The notes below the pieces were generated by a model, which saw only the letters and a list, made by a program, of their open reading frames with translations, did no database searches and was not told the origin of the DNA. Below are positions 43,229-58,766 of a stretch of 64,000 nt of DNA, in pieces; position 1 is the first letter of the stretch; the number at the start of each line of letters is the position of its first letter. The stretch covers positions 72,540,001 to 72,604,000 of the forward strand of contig OZ024745.1 in assembly GCA_964016885.1 (NCBI GenBank), written 5' to 3'. The position numbers were made by a program, and so were the translations under genes. The stretch comes from Eledone cirrhosa (Eukaryota).

Positions 43229-45609
43229 GTAAGTAATTTAAATTGATTCACCCATATCTTTGGACGTCTATTTAAATTTGAAATGTATGTATCCCAACGG
43301 AAATAATCAATAAACGTTGAGAAAAGCGAGAGGTGTGGGGGGGGGGGATGTTGATAGAGACACCTACAAAGAATCAAGAGTGAGATGAAGGATTCCATTT
43401 CTTTCAAGCACCTTTTTCACGTTTTACCGTGTCCAGGCGTACTTTACCCAATTTTATCAACTCTTATGTATGGTGATCAAATATTTATTATGGTCACTTG
43501 CGTTGTGGCGCACACATTTCAAATTTTAAATGTTCCCCAATTCTACTTAAGCGCTTATATTTAAATATGTTTGCGCTTATATTTAAATATGTTTGTGTTA
43601 TGAAACACATGTATCTACATAAACTTGTATTTTCTAATTATAAACAATTCATCCTAATTTGCAGTACGGTGTTGAAAACGATGACACGGAAAGGAATTCC
43701 AGACGTTCGCGGCGGGAGGATTGGATAGAGTAATTAGTGCAGTGTATGGGAAGAGGGACAGAGCATGGGTGATGAAAAGAGGGATCATTAATTTGCCATG
43801 TGAGTTCAAAAGGAACTAGGATGCAAATAGCTCACTCTGAAAAACAGAGGCCGTTTTAGTACAGAAGAAATAGCAGAGTGAGAAGACTGGGATAGCAAAC
43901 ATTTGCCAATCAAGTTTCTTTTTAATGAGGTATGGAATGTTCGTGTATGCAACAATTACACCATCACAACTGTGGGAACTGTATTTCATTGTGGATTTCA
44001 GTTGAATTTTATAAAGAGTCAGCAACTATTTGGAGCTGAAATATTTTCTGGCCTTAAAGAAGTGTAAGACTTTATCAGTATAAAAGTGAAGACGGTTTTC
44101 ATACTCTGTGGGTTATGTTACAAATGAATTTATAGTAACTGACAGGGTACCAAAAGACATAACTGGCCGCCGAAATTAGACATTTAATTTCAAACAGTCG
44201 ATAATCAATGATTCTTCGACCCTACAGCCTTGGATTTCAAATGAGATACAAAACAGAATGCTACATTTTAGTTCACAGTTCAACACTCCAATTCTGCTTC
44301 TTTTGGGGCAAGGCAACCTCATGTGACACTGCTGGCGTAATGAAGAGACTTGCCGCTGAGTACTCTTCTGTTGAAGTCTATCTATTCAAGTCATCTGTGT
44401 GCGGTGACCGTTAATACACAAACTTCTGCTCTGTCTACATCACGTTTTGTTGATCTCTTCCACGTTGTCAAATCGACTTTATTTCGCTGTACCCGCCAGG
44501 CTATATTCGCAGCCTTACATCACTTTCCTGCTCAGCTAGACGATGTTACAGAGAAAGCGTCGACACACACACGCGCACAAACATACACACGCGCACACCC
44601 ACACACGTACACACCTACATACACAGACACGCACGCACACAGACGCACACGCACACACATGCACACACACACGCAAATGAGAATAGCAAGCTTTTTCGGC
44701 GATTATATTTTCTATCTTCTTATCTTTGTTTAGTATTTCAATGTTTTACTTGGCTTTTTTTTTGACAACCGTGTATTTGGTTAATTAACATTTTGGGAGT
44801 GTCGTAGGGTCAATAAAAAAAACAGTTGTCGGAAAAAAGTACTTATAACAATTAAAACATATTAACAACATTTATTCAAGTATTAATTAACCTATTGAGA
44901 GTATGAATATTATGAGGATATGCGTGAATTTAAGTTTGTGTACGTGTGTGTGTATGTGTACGACAATACAAAGCACGTTATCAAGTTGTATTTTGTAAAT
45001 GGTTGTGGATATTAAGCCCTTATTATCTTATTGAAATTAACTATAATTTGGGAGCATATATAAACATCAATTTTATCTTGTAAATATATATAATTTTGGG
45101 TGCGTATAGAATGAATTACAATTATTTCAGTGGTGGTACAGACGTTCCAATTATTTTGTCAAAAATGTCATTGATATTATTGATATAACCACAACAAATA
45201 TATTTGATAGTAAACTAAGAATTCCTATTACATATTTTTAAAAAGTGGCTCGCTGATATATTAAGTTCTTACAATTATACAAAATTCTATACAATTCACG
45301 TTAAAGAAATTTAAAATTTAAAAGATAAAAATATTAACAACAAATAATTATATAATACTATGTATATATATATATAAATCACATATATTTTTATTGTTTG
45401 ACCCGAATTACTTGGTCGTTTGTTTTGGCTATGCGGATGATTTGTTCAACCATCATCTCACTGTATTTGGCCCTTAACGTATGTTGCAGCTCTGATTCAT
45501 ATGAATCATCGAGCGCTTGCCACACATCTCGGAGATTGATTTTCGTTAATTCCTGAGCTGAAATACGATTCTCGCTAATTTATATTTGTATATATATATA
45601 TATATATAG

Positions 45610-45645
<36 letters not shown>

Positions 45646-45791
45646 GAAAATGTTCAAGACCCCGACAGCAGAGATCAAGCTATTCGACGGCTATTTCTGG
45701 ACTGAATTAGATTTTTAGCGTGGTAATAAATAGCCGAACTTTTCAAGGGGTAATCCATATATGGCCATGTGATAATCATGCAGACACACAC

Positions 45792-45872
<81 letters not shown>

Positions 45873-45898
45873 AATGCAAACAAACACACAAATACTTA

Positions 45899-45932
<34 letters not shown>

Positions 45933-46051
45933 GTGTGTGTGTGTGTTAAGTATTTCCGTAGAATGGTAAAGGAAAGATATTATTTTAACTTAGCCTCACT
46001 TTCATTTCTAATAGATATTAATTTATATCCAAATTATATCTAAAACATAAC

Positions 46052-46125
46052 TATTTCATCTGATGAATGAGCTGGACGTTTCTGTAAGGATCATCTAGTT
46101 TCCTGAAACCTTTGGTAATGGAATA
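46052..46125 (+). ncRNA. Type I hammerhead motif (family F7)
   Basis: TATTTCAT CTGATGA ATGAGCTGGA...TCTAGTTTCCT GAAA CC TTT GG TA ATGGAATA. Confidence 0.7.
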
Positions 46126-46149
46126 ATTATATTGTGTTGTTTATTTATT

Positions 46150-46335
46150 CGGTGGATTGGCAGTATCGGTAGAGGGTCGGACGCCATGCTTTCCAGCATA
46201 GTTACGTCCCTTTACGATCTGAGTTCAAATCCCGCCGAGGTTGACTTTGCCTTTCATCCTTACGGGGTCGATGAAATAAAGTACCAGTAATGCACTGGGT
46301 AATTGCTGGCCTTGTGCCTAAAGTAGAAACAAATA
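46150..46335 (+). mobile_element. SINE S1
   Basis: Matches S1; further copies at 50367-50549 (-), 56092-56313, 56318-56540, 60388-60538. Confidence 0.9.
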
Positions 46336-46357
46336 TTAAATATATATATATATATAT

Positions 46358-47662
46358 AGTGGTAGAACACTGGAAGGTAATATCCGTAGTGGTAGAGCAC
46401 TCAGTCCATGGGACGAGTTAGGTAGAAGTGGTTACACAACAGTTAGTTCACCATACCGAGAACAATAGTTTTACCTTAGCGGATCCTGAGCTCGTAATGG
46501 ACATGGTTATACAGAACAGAAAGGACAACCGTACGAACGCGCATGCGCAGAAACAATCACTTCACGCAGGCAATACTAAATTGCGTGCGAGAGGTGTAAG
46601 GGAGATAACTGCGAAAGTCCGAAAGGTTTCTAGTTGATAAGAAAATTAGGATGTTGTTGTAATTCATTCTGGAGCTTTGTAGTTATGTAAGAGGTGTTTC
46701 CAGACGTGTGGACAACGTGTGAAGAATTCAATACTCGTGTTTAGGCAATCACTATTGCGTAATCTCTTTAGAATATTTATTCGTTCATCAAAACATAGTC
46801 CACACGACGGATTGCCCCTTGCTTATGGCTTGGACTTAGTGATGGCTTTCCATTGAGTGGAGTAGTCTATACTTGAGTCCTTGAGGGACCATACGTGGCT
46901 CGCGAATTTCATGTTCTTAGTGTAGGAGTATCAAGACCGACAACACCAACCGTCCTCAGAGCAACACCCCACCAGGGTGCTCTTGCCGTAAGCCCGAAGC
47001 TTATCCCCTTCAACAGCAATGCAACACACCCGCTGTAGTTTATGAAGCTGTGGTCACTTCCAACCGACCAAATCAACCGCAGGAGGTCAAATCCTATGTG
47101 GGTATGGCGGAGGGCCGATTTAAGGAATGCTTCCTGAACCAGCAGTCGACCTTTAGGTACCCGGACAGACGTTCATCCACGAAACTCGCGAGCCACGTAT
47201 GGTCCCTCAAGGACTCAAGTATAGACTACTCCATTCAATGGAAAGCCATCACTAAGTCCAAGCCATACGCAAGGGGCAATCCGTCGTGTTGACTATGTAT
47301 TGATGAACGAATAAATATTCTAAAGAGATTACGCAATAGTGATTGCCTAAACACGAGAAATGAATTCTTCACATGTTGTCCACACGTCTGGAAACACCTC
47401 TTACATAACTACAAAGCTCCGGATTGAATTACAACAACATCCTAATTTTCTTATCAACTAGAAACTTTTCGGACTTTTGCAGTTATCTCCCTTACACCTC
47501 TTGCATGCAATTTAGTATTGCCTGTGTGAAGTGATCGTTTCTGCGCATGCGCGTTCGTACGGTTGTCCTTCGTGTTCCGTATAACCATGTCCATTACGAG
47601 CTGAGGATCCGCTAAGGTGAAACAATTGTTCTCGGTATGGTGAACTAAGTGTTGTGTAACCA

Positions 47663-47665
<3 letters not shown>
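46358..47665 (+). mobile_element. 5'-truncated Penelope-like element with inverted pseudo-LTR arm; GIY-YIG remnant at 46921-47427
   Basis: CSCRKPEAYPLQQQCNTPAVVYEAVV...SYVGMAEGRFKE...STKLASHVWSLK...C*LCIDER...LNTRNEFFTCCPH; 46426-46910 is the reverse complement of 47181-47665; (TA)n on both sides. Confidence 0.88.
47597..47634 (+). ncRNA. Minimal type I hammerhead in the PLE 3' UTR
   Basis: CGAG CTGAGGA TCC GCTAA GGT GAAA CAATTG TT CTCG; identical at 49384-49421; mutated inverted copy at 46457-46494. Confidence 0.8.
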
Positions 47666-48570
<905 letters not shown>

Positions 48571-49191
48571 AGGTTTTTATGAAGGTCTCACTTTCACACC
48601 GACGGGCTTTCCCTCATCTTCTCCATCTCAGTATGGATCTGGCTAAGAATCACCCTGTTAAGTGTCTTTGGCATAAGTAAGCTTCTATTTAGAACATAAG
48701 TTGACAACAAGTTTTAAAAGAAATTTACGATAGAAGATTTAATATAAGGATAAACATTTTAAATTTAGCAGTTTTGTATCATAAACCCAAGTTGGTTTCG
48801 GGCGGAATGGTATCAAAGGGGTTAATCTGACTTCAAGATTTATTTAGAAACCACTCTAATAAAGTTGCGGATGTAAATCTGTTGACAATTACTTTCTGAT
48901 ATGATCAAACTTTATGAAAAATGTCCAAGAGTAACAAGTGAAAATAAACATCATGTGTATAGTATTATGAACAAAATGTAAATATATTCGTGTCAACCAC
49001 ATTATATGCACGGTCATAAAACATATATTATCTAAGTCAGAAGGAATCCAATATTTAAATAGGTTGTTAGTGAGAGAAGATGTTTCTTTTCCTGTTGTTA
49101 AATGAAGCTGGCATTTATTTTCTTAGAGCAACGCCGAGTGGTTAATAGTACCAAAATGGAAAAAATGTGCAGTCGAACTATAACACACACG

Positions 49192-49224
<33 letters not shown>

Positions 49225-49227
49225 ACG

Positions 49228-49261
<34 letters not shown>

Positions 49262-49263
<2 letters not shown>

Positions 49264-49448
49264 GTGCTAGAACACTGGAAGGTAATATCCGCAGTCATAG
49301 AGCACTCAGTCCATAGGACGATTAGGTAGAAGTGGATCCTCAGCTCGTAATAGACATGGTTATACGTATAACAATGTCCATTACGAGCTGAGGATCCGCT
49401 AAGGTGAAACAATTGTTCTCGGTATGGTGAACTAACTGTTGTGTAACC

Positions 49449-49452
<4 letters not shown>
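49262..49452. mobile_element. Short foldback derivative of the PLE 3' end (inverted tail plus HHR 49384-49421)
   Basis: Matches 46358-46510 and 47585-47665; TA-flanked. Confidence 0.8.
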
Positions 49453-49511
<59 letters not shown>

Positions 49512-49694
49512 TAGAGGATACCTGAGTGAAATCGGGGGTAACCACAATAAATAAGGTACTCAATACACGATTACAGTGAAAACATTCCTGATGATTTATT
49601 ACTAATGTAATAGTTGTAGTCCTGTAGAAGTCATGTCTATATTAAATTTTCGTTGTATATGTTAAAACGTGATATGTGTGTGCGTATATATGCT

Positions 49695-49769
<75 letters not shown>

Positions 49770-49772
<3 letters not shown>

Positions 49773-50344
49773 TGTATATATAGTATATCTGGCGATATAC
49801 TGTATGTTTAATTAAAAACATTTTGAAGACTTTGCGCTATTATTTTAAAGTAGTGAATATGTCACTTACTTCTTTTTTCAACAAGAGAAGGGAGATAAGC
49901 TGACAGATCTGTTTCACACCATTGGTGTTCATCAGAGCTTAGCAATCGCCGACCTTTGTTGAAAATGATAGACGCTGGATTCTTATAGAATTCTAGTAAT
50001 AATCAGGAACTGATTATACAGAGCGATTGCCGGTCCAGCAAAAATTGAAAATTAGGATTGGTGCTCTGAAATAGTGATGTATACATGAATGTATAGTATA
50101 TTTGGCGATATACTGTATGTTTAATTAAAAACATTTTGAGGACCTTGAGCTATTATTTTAAAGTAGTGACTATGTCAGCTTATCTCCCTTCCCTTGTTGA
50201 GAAAAGAAGTAAGTGACATAGTCACTACTTTAATATAATAGCGTAAGGTCTTCAAAATGTTTTTAATTAAACATACAATATATTGCCAGATATACTATAC
50301 ATACATTCATGTATAAATCGCTATTTCAGAGCACCAATGCTAAT
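49770..50344. mobile_element. Retrozyme-like element (317-bp unit, minus strand) with inverted arm from 50177; HHR at 49896-49941
   Basis: GAATGTATA at 49770 and 50087; minus strand TAAGCT CTGATGA ACACC AAT GGTGT GAAA CAGATCTG TC AGCTTA. Confidence 0.88.
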
Positions 50345-50830
50345 ATATATATATATATATATATATATAACTGTTTCTAGTATTGGCACAAGGCCAACAA
50401 TTACCCAGTACATTACTGGTACTTTATTTTATCGACCCCATAAGGATGAAAGGCAAAGTTAACCTCGGCGGGATTTGAACTCAGAATGGCAAGGGCCGTA
50501 ACTCTATGCGTCGAAGCATGGCGTCCGACCCTCTACCGATACTGCCAATATATAACGAAGGAAGTGTGGTAAGGAACCAAATGGAGCATAACGCCTCCAG
50601 ATTTCTTTTTCGCCTGCTTTCTACCTAGCCTAATTTCATACACACTCCTTAGAATTTGGTGTATAGAATTCACTTTCAACGCTTGACCGGCTCCACCAAC
50701 TCCCTCATTGTTCTACAGGAAAGTTCAGCCACCCCCACCTCCCGCCCACCGCCATGAAAGATTTAATTGTGTTTACAAGAAATGTTGATCAATCCTTTTG
50801 ACAACTACGATCTTCCAATATAAGGAATTA

Positions 50831-50923
50831 CCCCTTGAAAAGTTCGGCTATTTATTACCACACCAAAAATTCTAATTTAGTCCAGAAATAGCCGTCGAAA
50901 CGGCTTGAGCTCTGCCGTCGGGG
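50831..50923 (+). ncRNA. Complete family F1 hammerhead, U3-A8 core, long stem II
   Basis: CCCC TTGAAAA GTT CGGCTATTT...AAATAGCCG TC GAAA CGGC TTGAGCTCT GCCG TC GGGG; decayed minus copy at 45660-45750. Confidence 0.75.
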
Positions 50924-51761
50924 AAAAACATTTCCTATATGTATATATATATATATATATATACACACACGTGTGTGTGTTTTAACATATCAACGTGAGA
51001 ATTGAAAACGAATATCAGTTAAAATATATGAACTAAATACAAAGGAAATTATAAAGGAAGTTTGATATCACAATTAAAGTTAAAATATGAAATAGTTTAA
51101 CCAGAAAATCCCATTGGACGAATCAGTGCTGCAGAAGTCATTTCAAATATGTACAATAACTCACATATACGCACAGTTTAGAAATTTTCTTATCCGCCAT
51201 TATATTAACCAGACGTATAAGGATAACAATTAAATCAGAAAACAAGTATAAAAAATAAACGAAAAGAAACGATTTTCCCATAAACCTCGGTGTCAGGTTC
51301 AGTACCGTGTGTTTAAATAGAAAGTATTGAAAACAATATTTCAGCCCACGTATAAATATATATATATATATATGTAAATTTTGAGTATATGTTCATTTTT
51401 TACCGATACCCTAGTATGCAGAATGGAGCACTCGACGATGTGCGCAGGTTGGTTTGGCTACTCCGGAGTAATGTAAAATAAAATAATTAAGTCAAATATT
51501 TAAAATTTGGCTTCGTTTATTAGTGTAAAATAAAATAATTAAGTCAAATATTTATATGTATATATATATATGTATGTGTATGTGTGTACATGCATACATA
51601 CGAGTACACTACACACACACATACACACATATATATACATATATATATTGAGAAGTATGAGAGATATGTAAATATGTGCTGAAAACTACTTGAGGGCTAC
51701 CTTAGATTAATAATAAATGAATCTAAAAACAAATAGATACAAAATAATATATATATATATA

Positions 51762-52577
51762 TCTGTATATATATAAAATTAAGTATGTGTGTGTGTCTGT
51801 GTGTCTGTGTATTACCTATGGGGTCTACATCTTACGACCGATTTTCATGAAACTTTACAGGCTCATAGATTAGTCATCGGGGAGTGTATATATATCAGAG
51901 TATCGTTTTTTTTTTTATTCCGGGGTCATTCTGCAGATAAACATCGATAGGAGGGGGGGGGGGTCTTTTTTTTAGGTATCAAAAAATAACATTTTAGGCT
52001 CTAGCTCCCACATTTATTCCCCGATTTCGTTCAAATTTTAAAGCAAAATAGAATTTATCATTGCACATCCTGTAATGGCTTTATACTTTGCATTTGTTGT
52101 TCAGAGACGGCGTGGCAGCCGCTCAAATATTAAAAAATACCACTTTTATACTCAAATTTCCACTTTTTCGGCACTAGCTCCCACATTAATCAACCTACTT
52201 TGTTCAAATTTTACACTACGCTAGATCTGATTATTTCACGTCTTAAAGTCGCTTTACATTTTGGATTGTTTGTTCAGGAACGGTGTGGCAGCCGCTTAAA
52301 TATTCGAAAATAATACCTTTTCGTTCAAATTTCCGCCTTTTCGGCTCTAGCTCCCACATTTTTCAAACGATTTCGTTCAAATTCGAAACTTCCTCCCCCA
52401 GCATGCCCCTTCGTCAGTCACCCGCGTTTCTCAGTGATAGAGGTGATCACCACCCTCCCCGCATGGCCTGTGTGTGGCCTTAGATGAGTCATCGAGAAGC
52501 AGTTGCTAAGATCAACACCTTTTCATCAAAGCAGATATTATTTTACCTACCCAGGCCACGATGAGTACTGCTGCTAG
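51762..52577 (+). mobile_element. Non-autonomous Helitron-like element
   Basis: 5' TC-TGTATATATATAAAA, (GTCT/GT) microsatellite, three ~170-bp internal repeats (GGCTCTAGCTCCCACAT at ~51997, 52170, 52343), 3' CTAG followed by T. Confidence 0.65.
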
Positions 52578-52604
52578 TATATATATATATATATATCATC
52601 AGGA

Positions 52605-52735
<131 letters not shown>

Positions 52736-54854
52736 CGTGCGTGCGTTTACCAAGCCTATTGGTTAATTGTAGACTTTAACGAATCGGGATGAAATGATTG
52801 ATAATGGTTTAAATTGCATTCGACGTAGATTCAAGTAATCGCATAGCCCCTGATGTCAATTGCTACTCATTATGCAAGAGGAGGGTTTGTTTTAAGGGTA
52901 ATGAATTAATTTCAACGTATACAGTATTGTCTGTCGAAATAAGTTGAGTTCTATTATTTTATGTTTGGAATACCTAGCGATATGGCATTTCACCGTAAGA
53001 CAGAAGTTACTACATTCATCCATTCATAAAACCTGTGCCTAATATATAATGATAGACGTTCTTTTTATTTTGTCTTTTCGTTTCCAAATATATTTCGAAA
53101 GTGTTGGGGTGTTCTCTATGCATCAGTGACAACATGTGTTGTTTTATAGGAACAGGCGAAATTTGAACGACTGTACTTTGAGTCAAGTATATTTTGATAT
53201 GTTGTTAATGAGAACATCTTTTTAGATATGAATTGAGATGTCTGTTTTGTTAATTGCATATCCGATTCTCACTGTCTTGTTTTGTTTGTAATTAGTTTGC
53301 ATTGTGGCACTTCAAGGCAAATGGAATATTCTCTGTGCAACTGCAGCAAACCTTTTCTTTTGTTCTTGTTGAACAGCTGTATGTAGCTGTTCTTTGTTCT
53401 GAACAGTTGTTGGCATTTGTGCTCGCTCGAGAAATATTTTGATCAGAGAGATAAAATGTAATGCTAGAGTGATTTTACATTAATTTTACATGAGAGGTCT
53501 TACGATATATTATTTCTTTTCATAGTATCTTAAGGCGGATGCTACTCGTTGCTGGCAAGTTCTTAATGCATTCCGAATATTGTTTGCGTTCCCTATATTG
53601 CTTCGTCGTAGTTATAAAGTATGATATGGGGGAACATTTCGCTGATGTATCAAGCGACCATCTAAATGCTCCCTTGTTTCTTCTTTACTAATGCTGTTCA
53701 TATTGATGTTAAAATTATTGTCTTTTATTTTACTGCTTTAAATTATTGTTATTACAATCACTTCTTTTGCATCGTAATCTGGAGAAGATGGGTAGTTCAT
53801 GTAGTTCGCAGACTGGTGAGGTGTGTGTGTATTGTTTGTATTGGGGTGTGTCTGTGTGTTTATGTGTGCGTGTATGTGTGCATGGCAGCTGCTTCGTTTC
53901 AAATGTTCGAGAAATACTCTAGTGTGCTTTGCATTGTGTCAGTACTTGTACAAAACTGATGTAAATTCTTGCATTGAAAAGAAAAACTAGCCTTTGAAAT
54001 GTGGATGATGGTAAGTTATATATATGATTTTAAGAAGAAATAGCCTTATTGTTTGTTATTTGTGAAAGTTGCTAGGGTGGTGAATTTAGTGGACTGGTTA
54101 CAAGGTTGGGATAATGCTTTGTGGTATCTGTTCACATTCTTTATGTTCTGAATTTAAATTTCAATGAGGTAAACTTTGCATTAAATCATTCCGGTATCGA
54201 TAAAATTACGTAACATTCAAATACAGGTATCGATTTATTCGACTTTTCTCTCTCCTCAAATTGTTTGTCATATGCTTAAATTTAATACCGTCTTTGAGGC
54301 AGTTACCGTAATCGTATTCATACGTTATTAATTATTGTTTTTTGGCATATCACGTGACGAATTGGCAGAGTCATTAGAACGTCGGATAGAATGTTTTGCG
54401 GTATTCTGTCCGGTTCTCTGAGCTCTGAGTTCAAAACACTCCGAGATCAACATTGTCTTTCATCCTTTCGGGGTGGATAAAAAAGTATCAGAACTGGGAT
54501 CGAACTTTCTTCGCTCCCTCTCTCTCTCACCTTCACCTAGAGACTAGATGGATAAGCTCTGCAGGATTTAAAATATCACTACTGTACCCATGCGACTCCA
54601 TTAGAAGTTACGGTGCCATAAATACATTGTTTTAGCTCTGCCGTTCATATATATCTACCATCGATACAATTGTCATAAACCATAATGTGTGACCACGTTT
54701 TATTGTCTAATTTCTTAACCACATGAATGGTTATTTTATAATCGTTTTCATTGAAGTCTCTACTTTTTTCATAGTAATATATATGACTAGGTTAAGATAA
54801 CTTATTAAAATCATCACATGTATGCTACTTGATTTTCTGTCTTTTTTCTCATAG

Positions 54855-54988
54855 ACTGGTTACAAAGAAGCTGACCTGCAGTGTGCTAGTATAAGATCGG
54901 GAAGGCCTGTGGAGCAAAGCCATTGTGTTCAAACACAAGGATGGATAGTGACCAGAAAACAGTGTAGCATGCCATCTTGTGAAGCAAC
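54855..54988 (+). CDS. ADAMTS-like exon: remainder of TSR2
   Basis: TTTTTTCTCATAG acceptor, AC|GTTAGT donor (phase 0/2); TGYKEADLQCASIRSGRPVEQSHCVQTQGWIVTRKQCSMPSCEA continues CSVTCG in frame. Confidence 0.85.
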
Positions 54989-57659
54989 GTTAGTAACAGA
55001 ATATCTTTTCATTGTTATTATTGATAATTTTACTACTAATATGATACCTTATATTTCAGCTGATTAATTATTTGATTACTATATTAATTTTAGTAAACTG
55101 TTTCTTTAATTCTGATATTTGGATTTGATCGTAATTTGATTGTAAGAAATATCAGTCTATATATGCTTATGTGGATTTACAAGTGTATATGCGTATAAGT
55201 CGATATACTGTGGATATATGTGTGTATGTATACTTTTCGGACATAGAAACAGAAATAAAAGTGAGTAGCTCAATAACAATATAACGAGTTTTCTTGAAAG
55301 TGGGTTGTGTGTTTACGACATCGAATTCATTCATATCTATGGAAAAATCTTTAATGAAAGTAATGTGGTGGCATATATTAAGTGTACATTTGTAAGCTGG
55401 TTTGTTATAACAGGTACACATATGTCTTCTATTATACATATTATGTACGGTTATAACCAGCCTGACCTCCATATAAACATTCAACAATTATTACCAACAA
55501 TAAGATTTTATGAATAAGAATTTAAAAGAAATAGTATGAATGTCAACTTGAGTACATTATTTTACGAGCTACTGTGTGACAATAGGTTTTTGTATAACTG
55601 AATGAATACACACACATACACTTATACATGTATTTATGTATAGTGTGCAAATTCAGATAGAATGTTTTGCGTCATTTGCTTCATCTCTCTGCACTCCGAG
55701 TTTAAACTCATCCGAGGTCGATAAATAAAGTATGTGTTATTTAAAAATTAATTTTATACACGTGTTTTATACGAGTATTTAAAAAGATTGCTTCGCAATC
55801 ATAAGGTCGTCGGTTTGAACGAACTGCGTGGCATGTTGAGCAAATGTTTTTACCGTCAACCCAACACTTAGAGTGGAAGTGAATATGCAGAAACTTCATA
55901 GAAACCAGTTGAATGAATAAATTTGAAATTCAAACATCCAGACGTATTACACACTGTATCATGCTGATTCGGTTTGGAAATACGTTAGAAATATTTATGC
56001 TATACGCTAATCACGAGTTGATCGAATAGCTGAATGCCCATCACGGAAACCAATGGAGAATCTATCATCATTTTTATATTATTATTATAAGTGTGGTGGA
56101 TTGGCAGAAACGGTGGAGCGTCAGACAACATTCTTAGTGGCATACAGTTATGGCCCTTTACGTTATGAGTTCAAATCCCGCCGAGGTTAACTTTGCTTTT
56201 CATCCTTACGGGATCGATAAAATAAAGTACAACTAATGCAATGGGGCCAATTTAACTGACTTTCTCCTCCCCCAACATTGCTGGCCTTGTGCCTAAAGTA
56301 GAACCAATTATTATGAGGGTGGTGGATTGACAGTATCAGTAGAGTGTCGGACACCATATATCACTGCATAGGGTTAAGGCGCCTTACGTTCTGAGTTCAA
56401 ATCCCGCCGACGTTAGCTTTACCTTTTATCCTTACGGGGTCGATAAAATAAAGTACCAGTAACGAAATGGCGTCGATTTAATCGACTTTCATCTTCCCCA
56501 ACATTGTTGGCCTTGTGCCTAAAACAGAAACCATTAAAATTATTATTATCTATAGATGACAATTTAAAGGGTCTTCTAAATGAATGTTTCTTAATTGATA
56601 TTTTATACCTATGTGGACATTTACTCGCCATATGCATAGCCAGTTTTGTGTATGTTGATATAATAGATGTATTTTTATTAAGTACTACATTTATATCTTA
56701 GAAAAGGATTATTGATTCCCCTCTATCTTTGGCTTATTTACATTCGGCATGGAAACGCGATAGAAAAACGGTCATTTTGTAAATCTTTCTTTAATTTATC
56801 AATTATGGTTATGTATATGTTACAATGTGCTCTGTGTTTGATTCCTTACTTACAGTATTGTGGTATACTGAACTTCCAAGTTAGAAAATATAACAAAGTC
56901 ATACTAAAATATAAACACACAAAATTTACACCTAGTACGTGTTTGATGTCTTCATTTTCATTGGTCTTCATTGTTAGGCGTCTTTTGTACCCGTGAAAGT
57001 GTTATAGCCATCTTACCACGTTATCATAAAAAGCTCCTTCATACTGATAAACAAGAAATAATCAATAAACGTGAGGAAACATCTAAAGTACCTACATACT
57101 ACTTACGTATTCTCTGATTCTGAGATTATATAGTTTAATGGTTAGTAGGTCATAGATTTCAGTGTCACCGACTTCATACGTTTGTAGCGGGAAGAATAAC
57201 CCATTCATTTTATATTCATGGGAAGATGAACATAGTCCTTGTTTAATTGATTGGTGTTATCTCCATCATATCTCTACCGGTTCAACCACAGATTTGCCCC
57301 AGAAATACAAACATTGTAATTCATGTAGATAGACACCGATTCATTCATCAGATCCTAGATATTTTTAGAGAGGTTTAAATAATATGCATGATACCTAGAA
57401 AAACAATATCCTGAGACAGTTCAATCACCGTGACAAAGTGTTTGGTTACAGGTGTGTCGTGTGAGAAAACATTACATTACTAACACAGCGATAAGATAAA
57501 ACAGTTATATGCTAATATTCATATAAGGTAAGGGAGAGGACCGGAAAGGATTAAAAAAAAGGGAGAGAAAAGGAAGACAGTAAGAGAGGAGAGAGAATAT
57601 ATAGAAAAGAGTTGAGAAGCGAATCAGAGAATAGATGGAACAGGAAGAAGAAAAACATT

Positions 57660-58287
57660 GACAGAGAGAGAGAGAGTGTGGGGGAGAAGGAGAGACGGGG
57701 AGAGAGAGCGATTAAGAGAGAGGGGGTGGGAGAGAGAGAGTGAGTGAGTGAGAATGAGAGAGGAGAGGGAGAGAGAGAGACAGACAGAGAGACAGAGTTA
57801 GAGAAAGAGAGACATAGAGAGAGAGAGAGAGTGTGGGGGAGAAGGAGAGACGGGGAGAGAGATTAAGAGAGAGAGAGGAGTGGGAGAGAGAGAGAGAGAG
57901 AGTGAGAGAGATTAAGAGAGAGGGGGTGGGAGAGAGAGAGAGAGAGTGAGTGAGTGAGAATGAGAGAGGGAGAGAGAGAGACAGACAGAGAGACAGAGTT
58001 AGAGAAAGAGAGACAGAGAGAGAGAGAGAGAGAGTGTGTGGGGGAGAAGGAGAGACGGGGAGAGAGATTAAGAGGGAGAGAGGAGTGGGAGAGAGAGAGA
58101 GAGTGAGTGAGAATGGGAGAGGAGAGAGAGGGAGAGAGATTAAGAGAGAGGGGGTGGGAGAGAGAGTGTGAGTGAGTGAGAATGAGAGAGGAGAGAGAGA
58201 GAGAGAGACAGACAGAGAGACAGAGAGAGAGAAAGAGAGAGAGAGAGAGACAGAGACAGAGAGATGCAGAGAGAGACAAAGACAGAG

Positions 58288-58340
<53 letters not shown>
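57660..58340. repeat. (GA)n-derived compound minisatellite
   Basis: Recurrent GATTAAGAGAGAGGGGGTGGGAGAG and GAGTGAGAATGAGAGAG units. Confidence 0.9.
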
Positions 58341-58687
58341 CACTGCGTATGTTGTTTATTTTTCAGAGTTGAAATAATTACAAAGTGAGAAAAAGGAGAC
58401 TAGGGTGGAGTATAGAAGCAATGGGATAAAAAGGAAAAACAAAGACGTTAGACTGAGATGATGGGAGAGAGAGAGGGAAAATATAAGAAAAAGAAAGAGA
58501 GATAACAATAGGTTATGATCGAGAGCTTTTCATTATTTATTATTCCCGAAATTTTCAGGGTGGGTTTCTATGAAGTTATTCCCATATAATTTTACACCTA
58601 CATTACTTCACACACGATTGGGTATCTACACAAATATATATACACACGCACACACACGTATATATATACATATATATCTATATATAT

Positions 58688-58766
<79 letters not shown>

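Noticed and set aside
47290-47292. In-frame TGA within the PLE C-x-x-C motif as possible selenocysteine or readthrough
   Set aside because: The inverted copy (~46800) reads GGA at this codon, so it is most simply a post-insertion mutation
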